Shown here: positions 1 through 10,988 of the stretch, one piece after another
How the letters are laid out: the number at the start of each line of letters is the position of its first letter
How positions within the stretch are numbered: position 1 is the first letter of the stretch
Assembly: GCA_904063045.1 (NCBI GenBank)
Contig: CAJFCJ010000009.1
Coordinates: forward strand, 2,542,968-2,606,967
Source: Dimorphilus gyrociliatus
Taxonomy: Eukaryota > Animalia > Annelida
DNA length: 64,000 nucleotides
Direction of reading: 5' to 3'
Made by a program: the position numbers and the translations under genes
The notes under the pieces: model-generated
The model's database searches: none
Told to the model about the DNA's origin: nothing
The model's input: the letters and a program-made list of their open reading frames with translations, nothing else

Positions 1-3000
1 TCTCTTTTACGCAGATAACCAAATTTTTTAATTAATTCATAAGATGTCATAGTATATTGATTCTGGAAAAAATTTGTTATCAATATATAAATTTTATTAT
101 AGTATCTTTATTACTTCAATGGTTACAGTTGGTCCTGGAATGGTTGTAAATAGACCAACTTTCCTTAATAGTCCATTTGTTGGCTCGCTAACTAGAATAG
201 AACCAGGTGAGCATTTTTTTTGTAATTGTCGAGCTATATGAACCGCATCACCAAATACCATAAATTTATCCATCTTTCCTCCAGTCATACAACCAACGAG
301 TTCTCCCGAATGAATTCCAATATTCAATTTAATTTCGTACGATTGGTCCTCAAGAATTGGTCTTTCGTTTAGAGAGTTCCTCAACGATATTGCAACTCTA
401 GCAATATCTAACGCGTGATTTGTATTTGGACAAATTAATCCAGAAACAAGAAGATAAACGTAGCAAGAATGATAAATCTTTATAATAAAGACTGGAATAT
501 TTAAATAGTTTTTAACAAGAAAGAATATAACAAACTCTATCAACTTTATCATTCTTTGATAATAATCTATCAATTCTTTTGTGAAGATCTTGCAATAATT
601 CAATAAGTTTATTAGCATTCATTGATTCAAATTCTTCGTGAAATCTATGAATTTCAATAAAACAAATTGAACATTCTTGTTCTTGATAAACTGGAATTTT
701 AGGATTTATTGACTCGGCAAACTTCTTAACTAAATCCCTAAATGATCATAAATGAACAATCTCTTTACTAAATTATTATAGGTTGTTACTACCTGGGAGA
801 ATAATATTGTATTTTATCAAGAGTATCGCTCTTAGCGTATTCTAATCTCTTATGAGCTTTAAATAGCTCATCTTCTAATGAATCTTGATAGGCATCCATC
901 TCTTTGGTAACATTATCAATGAGGCTTATCTCCCTGAAAATATTCAAATTGTCAAAGGAGATATAATTTAAACTAATAATGCCTACTTTCCTTGAACCAT
1001 ATCTCGTAGTTCTTGACTTAATGCTTTTAAACTGGGTCTCTCCTTAGGCAATTCTTTCCAACATCTGATTATTTGAACGTAATATATTAAGCCTATTATT
1101 TATTATGATATACTTATACTTTGTAATGATCTCCGTAATTAATTTATGGGTATTCTGAAATTTTTCTACAATTTTAGGTCTAAATTTTGGAGTACGCTTC
1201 TTATCTATTATTGCGGCTATTATCTGTTTAGGTCTCATATACTCCCTTTCCAGATAAAATGGATATTTTCTTGTAATTATTTCCAAGAGAATTATACCGA
1301 ATGAATAGATGTCTCCCTCTTTACTTCCCTTTGGTTTTTTACCTCTTAACTGTTCGGGAGATTGCCAAAATCGCTCTTATATGTAATGATAAAATAGTAG
1401 ATCTTATTCGTCTATATAGTTTATATAAATAGTATATTTTCTAACTTATTCCCTCTATGAAATGATCTTTTTCACTTATCAAATAGTTTGTACGAATGTA
1501 ATCTAAACCAAAATCCGTTATTTTTACAGTCCACCTAGTGTCAACTACACAATTTTCACTTTTTAATCTACCATGAAAATTTATAGGACTATTATGCAAA
1601 TAATCTAAACCCTGATGAAATAATCATTAGAATTAAAGTATTGTAGGAATGTTGAATTACACTTTAATTGAATTACTTTGCAAATGTCTATTGAAAATGA
1701 TAGTTCAAATGTAGAATCCAATTTAAATCTTGAATTCTTAAATACTGTATGCAAACTTCCCCTTGAGCAATAGTCCAAAAGTAAACAAGGATATCTATAG
1801 TCTATACATACTCCACGATAAGGATTAATATTTTCATGTTCTATATTTTTAACCTAAATAAAATATAATATAAAATTAATGCAAATTTATGCAAGAACAT
1901 GTTTATTCAATACCAGTTTTAATTCTTGCAATATTTTCTTATTATTCAAATCGAAATTTTTATTTAATGGCTTTACAACTAACATTCCAAACTGAATTTC
2001 AAGGAAAAAGATCATATTTTCTCTTCTAAACTATAGTTATTATTTTTACCTTTTCAGACGTTGCTATATCAGTGTACCTTTTCAGGTCTTCGGATGAATT
2101 TATAAGACTTGAAATATCGCTGTTTGACTAGAGTATTTTATAATATTAGTAACTAATTCGAGTGAATGAAACTATATACAGATTTCGTTATAGAGTTCTG
2201 TTCATCTTTTTCAATGAAGAATAAATCAGCACTTCTTAATAGCCATGAAGATATTCCATACCAACTTTGATCTTCTACAAAACGTCTAGAAAATATCTTT
2301 ATTTTTCTTATTTATCATAATTAATTAATAAAAACTATTTAATCACTTCATTAACCAAATGATTACTATTCCTAGGATTAATGCCGTAAATATCCATAAA
2401 GATAATCTATAGCTTTTTCTTTGTTTATCTAAATGACCAGAGAATGCTATAATAGGAAAATAAATTATTAGTAGGCGTGTTTTAACCTGATTGAGTGCAG
2501 TTTCTTAAAAATCGACAATGAACGTCCGGAGATGGAAATTGTCTATAACCACTAAATAAAGCTTGATTATATTCTCCATTCTTATCCTTTAATAATCTTA
2601 ATCTTCTCCCATCCGAGAAAAAAGTTGAATACTTTAACGTTAACTTTTGATTGGTAAAGACTAAATCTCTAGTTTTTCCATTTGCTAGTGATTATCGATA
2701 AGATTTTTTTGAATAAATTAGAATATATTAGATGACATTATTAATATTAAATTAGCTATACTGACTGTAAAATTGTACTAAGTCTTTTATCACGCGAGAC
2801 ATGTTTCCGTTTTGGGCAATAAATTCCGTACCTACGGCTTCATAAGCTCCTGCTAAGAGCATCGCACTCTCATAAGCTTGCTTCTCTATATATTTAATAT
2901 TCTAAAAGTATATATATATAGAATTTTAAAGTCTAAATATAGTAAATATACACTTACAACATCCGTTATAGGATCAATCCTGTCACGGAAAGAGAAAGAT

Positions 3001-4392
3001 GAATTTTCTGAAAGTTCTTTGACTTTCTTATGAAAATTATCAATATCTTTCCAAGTTGATTGTTGTCTTCTATCGGATAGGATGACAATCTGCCCTTCTA
3101 ATATCTTTAAAAGGTGTCTATTCTTTTCCGGATATTCGAGTAAATCCGCTAAAAATAGCCTTGTTTTATTTAATTATTTTAATGCGTACTTAAGATGTTA
3201 ATCTTACACGATAATCCAAATAAAATAACCTGTACTCCCGCAACAGTTAATCCGCTGTCTCTAAATATATGAAGAAAGCGATGAACTGATTCCCTTTTCT
3301 TCATATAGACAAATATCACTAGAAATATATAAGGTATGTATAAATAGGCCAATATCTCAATTGAGAATATGAAACTGACCGTTAGTTTTACTTAAGAGAT
3401 TGAATAAATTTGTTTCAATTTCCTCTTGTTCGGCATATTCTCTGAGTTGACTACTTTCATTTAACACTAGGAGCCCTTTAATAGGTGGTAGAGACTTTTG
3501 AACTTGACTTACATAAACATTAACATCTTTTCCACTATATTTACACGACTCTTCAATGCTTTCTTTATATTCGTTAGCACTAAAGAGTTTGTTACCAATA
3601 ATACCTAGATTTTCCCATTCAAAATCCTTAATATATAATTAATATCGAATTAGAAATTGCAGCCTATTTTCCAATACAACCTACAATTGTAAGTTTGGCA
3701 ACAGTCTCAGAAGTTTGTTGAACATCTTCGGCAACTGATAGGAAAACTTGTGATCTTTCTTCGTCGTTCAACTCTGAACAACTCCAAGTTATGACTGGAA
3801 TGTGAAATTCTCTAGCTACTTTAGCAATTTGTTTACAAGATTCTAGACAAACTGGACCAATAATTCCATGAATATTAAATTTAATATTTGCATTTAAATT
3901 ATCCCTAATTAATGTTTTTTTATTTCATTGATTAACTGATGTATTATCATTAGGAAAACACTTACAGAAATACATTCCAGAATGCGAGGAGACTTCTATC
4001 GCTTAAACATTGCGTATCAGCAATATAGAAACCTAATCCGCTCTTTCTAATATTTCGATAGCGTCCACTATCTCTTTCAATTTCAGATAAAGCGTAGAGC
4101 ACTGAACCAGGAACGTAGTTAAAACCAGTTGCGGAATTCCATTCTTCGAATTGATAATTAATTGTCTTATTAGAAGGCTATTTACAAAGAATAATAATAA
4201 TGAAACAATAATAAAAGTTATATCATTCTCTTCATCTCTTACATCCCTAATTGATGGATGAAATGGAAGTAGAACCAAAAAATTTAAACTTGAATTACTA
4301 ATTCCATAACTCCAAACTTTAAAGTCGTCTGCTTTTAGTAAATTTAATTCGAGTAATAGAAAACTAATATAAATTGTTATCATTCCATTCAT
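1..4392 (-). CDS. Receptor (membrane) guanylyl cyclase-like protein, multi-exon, 3' end beyond the left edge; catalytic residues degenerate
   Basis: Spliced reading gives a signal peptide ([21 protein letters not shown]), an ANF-receptor-type ectodomain (IADTQC; [12 protein letters not shown]), a TM segment ([17 protein letters not shown]), a kinase-homology domain ([12 protein letters not shown]; [23 protein letters not shown]; WQSPEQL; [11 protein letters not shown]), a coiled-coil linker and a cyclase domain ([10 protein letters not shown]...FGDAVHIA; ORF 97..618). Confidence 0.88.
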
Positions 4393-4579
4393 ATTTATTT
4401 TCACACATACACCGTAACGTTTTAAGATAGATTTGAAAAGCAACAAGTTTACATAACCTTGACATTGAATTTTTATCATTTCTTTCTTTTACAAGTTTTG
4501 TTATAAATATTATTATTACTATTATTATTGTTATTATTGTTATATTGTTGAAAAATACAATAGAAATGAATTAGAATTT

Positions 4580-5413
4580 TTAAGCGTTGTTTTCCTTTTC
4601 TTCAATTTTCTTTTGAAGTTTTGCAACCATCTTTTCGGATAATACTGTTATTTGTCCTTTAGTTTCCACAAAGTTAGTAAAACCTTCAACAGATTTCTGT
4701 CCAGCGTATTTATAACCTCCTCCTATATTTCCTTTTGGGTATAGGACGAACATTGGTACCTAAAAGCATGTAAAAATAATTGAAAAAGATGCGAATGTTC
4801 TTTTTCCTTTTACCTTTACTTCACTTTCGTTTAATAAACTATTTTCATTCAAATTTACTTTAGCAATAACGACGTCTGATCGGTTAGCGAAATGCTCTCC
4901 TACACTCTCCCAAATGGATTTCATCTTTTCGCAATGAGTACATCCAGCTGTATAGAACATAACAAAAATATGCCTTGATGGTTTGGTTGCTAATTGACGA
5001 AATTTCTCTCCATTTAAATCCCAAACTGATCCAGAACTCCAATCTTCTGATAGAGTTCCACTTGTTGCAAACTTTTCGATATTTTCGTGCTTGTGTGGAC
5101 GAAGTAAAAGCTGTACTGGTGGACGATTTGGCATTGGTATTTCATGAAGGGTTTCTGGTATCGACGTAGCTTTTACAGTTGGTAATATCGAGGGCTTATT
5201 CGCGAATTGCTACAATACAAATTGATAGGATTATGTATTAAATATCAATAATAACACTAAAAAGATATTAAAATTAACCCATAGTTGTTCCCATCTACAA
5301 ATTCTTTGTGTTATTCCATAACCTCTATTTTCCTTTGATTCTCTCTTTGCCCGATAATAGAGAGAGCTAACTCCTATAATTCCTAAAAAAGATGCTCTTC
5401 TAAATATGTACAT
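4580..5413 (-). CDS. Single thioredoxin-domain (PDI-like) protein, 3 exons, CxxC = CTHC
   Basis: Exons ~5413-5279, ~5209-4811, ~4760-4580. Contains HIFVMFYTAGCTHCEKMKSIWESV...DVVIAKVN and a VPMFVLYP cis-Pro region. Basic/hydrophobic N-terminus; no KDEL. Confidence 0.78.
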
Positions 5414-5570
5414 CTGCTAGAATTGTTAAAGTATATGTTGCTTTATTTTCTCCCAGCTCTCTCTATGTATCTATCTATCTCTCTATTACTTTTTTTTACT
5501 CTCTTTTAAATGAGATTGAATGACGTATTCAATAAGCCTATTAATGAAAACAAAAAAAACTAGATTTTAA

Positions 5571-5790
5571 CTGGAAACTGAGATTTTTGGAGTGGCTAAT
5601 TGAACGGAAGAGGATGTTCAGAGATTTCTTACTGATTGCGAGTTAAAAGAATATAAACAACAGTAAATATAAAATGTTATTGATTGTTTACTCTACTTTA
5701 TCTTCGATTTTGTTTATAAATTAGCTTTCGAAAATGTAACGGTAAAAATTCTTTTACTCAACGCGGAAGAATGACCTTTGCCTTCCAACA
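5571..5790 (+). pseudogene. Decayed SAM-domain relic of an ARM-TIR-SAM paralogue
   Basis: Reads VAN*TEEDVQRFLTDCELKEYKQH|FRKCNG, with an intron at 5663-5724 in the same position and phase as the SAM intron of the intact paralogues. The conserved Trp codon is TGA and similarity is lost after CNG. Confidence 0.7.
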
Positions 5791-6043
5791 ACTGATTGCA
5801 TGAAGTTGGAGATAAATTTGAAGAATCTACATTGAGAGAAATATGGAAGAATTATTAAGGGTTTAACTGTTGTTTGCAGAGGTTTATATTATAGTTGAAA
5901 AGAGCATAAGACATATTGTATTACATGAGAATATACAATGTTTTGTTGAATAGTGTAATTTACAATCATAAACAATAAATATACTGAAGATGGCGTTAAA
6001 AACACTTTTGCTATGGTTATTAAGTAAACAATTTGAACTATCA

Positions 6044-8091
6044 ATGGGTTGTGGAGCAAGCACTCAAAATGCTAATAAACCTGGTAAATCTAAGAATTTA
6101 TATAATACTCAGTCTTTAAAAAAGTCTAAAGAAGATCTACAACTGGTGTTGGAAGCAGCTGAATCCTTTACTAACGAAGAATGGAAATCTTCAAAGAGTT
6201 CTTCTATAAAATTACACTTGAGATGGCTGGGATATTGCGATGCAAAAATTAAAGCTGCAATAATAAATGACTCTAAATTTTCAAAAGTACTTCCAAAAAT
6301 GTATATTGAATTAATAGAAAAATTTGCAATTTGTGAAGAAGATCCAGTGTATGACATTGTACGCTCCATTCAAACAGTATTATGGAATGGTACGGATGTC
6401 AGCGAAGAGTTCTGTAAAGTAGCCTTAGATAGCAAAGTTCTTCATTTAATAATTGAAAAAATACTCCCGCATTGGAGATTTGAATCAAAAACTCTTATTG
6501 ATGAAAGTTTTATAACTCCTGGCTTATCTACTATGCAGAGACTACAATTTATTAAAGGTGGTTTAGGAATAATGCATAACATTCTCAGATTGGAAGACGA
6601 GTCGAGAAAGATTGTCAGAGATATTGGTGGAATTGAAGCATTCAAAAAACTGTTAATTGTTGATGAACCTGATAAGTTAGATATAATGATAGAAGCTAAA
6701 TGCAATATTATTCTGGCATATCTTATCAAAGAGGATGAAGCTGATAAAGTCGATACAAATAGTAGGGTAATTAAATTTATATCATTCTTACTTGACGGCG
6801 CCTTCAAAAGTGAAACTCACCGTTTCAAAAAATATGGATTTGCTGTTGATGAGACGCTAATGGCTATGAATAAATTAGCCATTAGTGAAAATAATAAAGA
6901 ACTTCTTGCCGATCATATTCCCCTTTTAATAGAAGTGTTAAAACATCCACATAATCCTAAAGAACAAGAATATTCGGCGAAATGCCTTTGGACATTATCA
7001 TTTAATGAAAAGTGCGTACGTGTACTTGAATCGGAAGAAAATTTAAAAACTATTCAATCTTTAAAGAAAACTGGTAAGAATGCAGCTATAAAACGTTCAG
7101 CGGAAGGTATTTTATGGCAAATAGATCAAAAAAATAAAAAACAAGATGATATAGAAGTTAATAATAATTCTAAAGAGGGTCATATAATGTTAAGTTATCA
7201 ATGGGCCTATAAAGCAATTGTCTTCAAAATACGAGATTTTCTTAAAACAAATGGATTTCACGTCTGGATTGATGTTGAATCTATGGGTAGGCTATTTATA
7301 ATCTCTGTTTTTCCATCATTCAACATATAATCACTCTTTCTTTCTAACAAGAGGGTTCAACTCTTGATTGTATGGCGAAAGCTGTTGAAAATTCTTCCGT
7401 AGTTTTAGCTTGCTTCTCACAAAAGTATAAAGATAGTCCGGCTTGTAGAAGTGGTATGATTTATAAATTTCATTCATCTCTTTTGCATCTTTTTTCCTGA
7501 AATATTACTAAAATAGAGGCAGAGTACGCTTATAGAACAAATAAGGAAATTATACCGATTAAAGTGGAAAGAGATTACATAGCTGACGGTTGGTTGGGTA
7601 TACTTTTGGGAACAAAATTATGGATTGATTTTGCAAAGCCTGAAAAAGTAAATGCGTCATTTGAGCAGCTATTAGCAATTTTAGGGAGCAAAGGAAAGCA
7701 TCCTCAAAAAGCAAAAGCAATTGCAAAAGAAACTACATCTACCTTACAGAGTCAACCAGCGAAATCTTATGTAAATACCGATAGTTCTAGTATTGAAAAT
7801 TGGACAGAAGCGGAAGTGGGAACATTTTTTAATGATATTGGTTTGGGGAAATATGCAACACAGTATATATTCCAATACTACTATTATTATAATAATTGAA
7901 AATATCGAATTATTCGTTTATTGTCACTTTTTCATTTCAGTTTTCAAAGTTGTAATGGTAGCGGTCTTTTGGAACTGAAACAAATTCGAGAAATAAGCCT
8001 AGAATTCTTTTATTCAACATTAAAAAAGGAATTTAGCATGCCATTGACTGATTGTATAAAATTGGCAACAGCGTTGAAAAAGATGTATTAA
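6044..8091 (+). CDS. ARM-TIR-SAM protein, paralogue 1 (~613 aa)
   Basis: Exons 6044-7286, 7352-7453, 7517-7862, 7941-8091 (1842 nt, open frame). ARM-like helical repeats (DETLMAMNKLA; AKCLWTLSFN), TIR_2 (HIMLSYQW...VWIDVESM...CFSQKYKDSPACRSEAEYA...GWLGILLG), SAM-like C-terminus (IENWTEAEVGTFF). Start MGCGAS preferred over the upstream ATG at 5990. Confidence 0.88.
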
Positions 8092-8721
8092 TATCAATAG
8101 AGAAATTTGTAAAAACTTTATTCTCTCATTCTTTCTTAATAAAACAAAGTATTATATGTTGAAGCACAGTTAACTGTTATAAAAAGTTGGGTATTCTTAT
8201 TAAGAATTAAGTGAACAATTATCAATTAAGAAAATCTTCAGAAGATTGAATTACTTTACAATTATCAACTGTTTCTAAATATAAACGTGAGAAATATGTC
8301 AGTGGAACGGTAGTTCAACCTAATCATTCCAATCAACTTATTTTTTATTGCGAATTACAGTAATATTAAATGATTTATCTCTCCTTGAGAGCTGTTTTCC
8401 AACTTATTTTCCCTTTTATTCCTCTCTCTCTCTCTTGTTCCAAGTATCCAAAATTTCAAATATCAAGTGTTATAGTGCAAAGAAAATATGAATTTATCCA
8501 AATTATCTTATCAATTTCTAGTGTTCAAAATAAGTGAATAACTATTAATTTTACCGATTACGTAAAAGTCAATTTATCAGAATTATGCAATTATTGTCAT
8601 TGTAATTTTCTGCTATTATTACAAAAAGTATTTACAAACTGGCAATACGTTCTGTTGGATTTTTCTCCTTAGATAAACAACATCTTCTATTGTTTTGTTG
8701 TCATTTTTAATCAGATATTGA

Positions 8722-10876
8722 ATGGGGTCAAACTTGAATAAACTGGCAAGGAATAGCGAAGAATTAAATTCTTCTGATAGGATATTATTAAGTTATCAAT
8801 TGGATTATCAGTCAACTGTCAAAAAAATAGGAAATTTTCTTATTTCCGAAGGATATGATGTATGGATTGATAAAGAATCAATGGGGAAAGAACAAAATAA
8901 AGTAGAATGCAGGTCGGAGGCCATTGAAAATGCAGATGTAATTGTTGTCTGCTTTTCTCATAAATATACATATAGCGATATTTGTAAAAGTGGTACGTAA
9001 GTTTTAATAATAAACTTTTACAACATATTAACATAATTCTATAAATAGAAGCAATGTACGCTGTTCATCTTAAGAAGAAGATTATTCCAATTAGATTAGA
9101 AATAAACTACAAACCTATTGGATGGTTAAATTCTCTAATTATTATTAAACCTTATATAGATTTTTCTATTGAAGAAAACCGCAATATGGCACTTGAAAAA
9201 CTTGTATATTCTATAAGATCGGAAAATAAGATTAGCATCTTTAAGAGTAGTAGAAATCCATTCAAAAATTATTATTCAAATGTTAAAAATTCACTTAGAA
9301 TACAAGTTGAACAAATTGAAAAGTTAAAGGAAGAAGATTTGAAGATAAACATGGAATTTAATAGAGGAATTTTCACACAATTTCTTCTTCTATGTAACAA
9401 AGTTTTCATTCCTCAGGAAAAGATTTTCAATGATAGAGAAATCGTTGATAGAATACCGGAATTATTTTTAAATATTCATAGAAAATATCTCCTTGGCAAC
9501 GAAAACATCGTATTTACTGTTTGTTATGATGTATCGTTATTTTTATTGAACGGAACGCATTATTCTAATTATTTTGGAAGAAAGATTTTTGAAGATGGTT
9601 GCATAGAGTTTATTGTTAAAAATATATTGGGGAGCGATCTTTTATCTTTGAGCGCTCTGGACACGGAAGTAAACTCATCCTCTACTCTATCATCTAAACA
9701 GGTGATAAAATTAGTTAGATGTTATCTAGGAACGTTATATAATATCTTAAGATTAAATAAAGACTTACGAAAATCTATAAGGAACTTTGGTACAATCGAT
9801 GAAATAAACAACAAAATTGAACAACTTAGCAAGTATAAAGAAATTGGAAGTCCTCTTATCATTAAAGCTACTTGCTTAATGCTTTTGACTTATCTGGTTG
9901 ACGATGTAGAAAGGGAAAAACTTAAAGCGAGTCACGAAATGTTAACATTTATGGCTGCCGCACTTGAAAGTGCACTTGATCATGAATGCCACCAGTCAAG
10001 TTACGGTTTCTACGCTGAAGAAACTCTTCATACAATCGTTCAATTGGCCATTGACGATGAAAAGAAACAATTAATGATTGAATATATCCCTCTATTGTTT
10101 AGATGTATTAAGGAAGCTTTAACTGAAAGAGAGCAGAGGCTCTCATTAAAATGTATTTACACTTTATCATTTCACGAAGAATGCGAAGAGCTTATTCAGC
10201 TAAAAAGGAATATTCGATTATTAAAGACAATTTGCGAGAAGGGTTTAAGTGACAACATCAAACAACTTGCGAAAACTGTTCTTTACGAGATTAACCGACG
10301 AAACAATGTACAACAGATTAATACTATTCCTAATAAACCAATTAACGGTCATATAATGTTAAGCTATCATTTAAATAACCAAGAAATTGTTTTAAAGATA
10401 AGTAACTATTTGAAATCCAAAGGATACTCTGTATGGATTGATGTTGATGAGATAAGTGAGTCGTTTTCGTAAAGTATAATAGTTTATTTATTATATGTAT
10501 CAATTAAGGAGATCATCCGCTCGATTCAATCTCTGAAGCAATTACAAATGCACGTGTCCTTCTTGTATGCTTCTCAAGAGAGTATAGTCAGAGTAATACC
10601 TGTCGAAGTGGTAAGATGCTTTAAATAGATAGAAAAAGTCAATCATTACAGGAATGTTAAAAAAAAAAAACAGAAGCCGATTATGCATTCCGACTACACA
10701 AGGATATGATTCCTTTGAAATTGGAGAAAAATTACTCTGGAAGTGGATGGTTAGCTAGAGTATTAGACTTAAAATCAACTATTGATTTTTCGGATGATAA
10801 TGATCATAAATCTTCAATTGAAAGTTTATTAGGACAACTTGGATATGAAGGTTTAAAAACAGAAATTAAAGATTAA
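8722..10876 (+). CDS. TIR-ARM-TIR protein, paralogue 2 (~660 aa, no SAM)
   Basis: Exons 8722-8992, 9049-10455, 10509-10610, 10674-10876 (1983 nt, open frame). N-terminal TIR (ILLSYQ...VWIDKESM...CKSEAMYA...GWL), central ARM region, C-terminal TIR (HIMLSY...CRSEADYA...GWL), then stop. Confidence 0.85.
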
Positions 10877-10988
10877 ACATTGATAGAATATTAAGAGTAT
10901 TTTACTATTTTAATATGTTATTTTTGTATTATTTAATCCTATTCAAATTAAAGCAATAATTAAAATCTATCAGTTTCAATTTGCAGAT

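Noticed and set aside
5601-5603. TGA at a conserved Trp, suggesting an alternative genetic code or selenocysteine
   Set aside because: All intact genes use TGG for Trp and several end in TGA; the surrounding segment is otherwise decayed, so this is a nonsense mutation.
5990-6043. ORF-track start MALKTLLL for paralogue 1
   Set aside because: The downstream MGCGAS start matches the Met-Gly starts of the paralogues, and the upstream ATG is part of the recurring ATGGCG motif. It is not formally excluded.
6109-6807. Antisense ORFs within ARM exons (also 15334..15612 and 16337..16519)
   Set aside because: Shadow frames of the real plus-strand genes, with no motifs.
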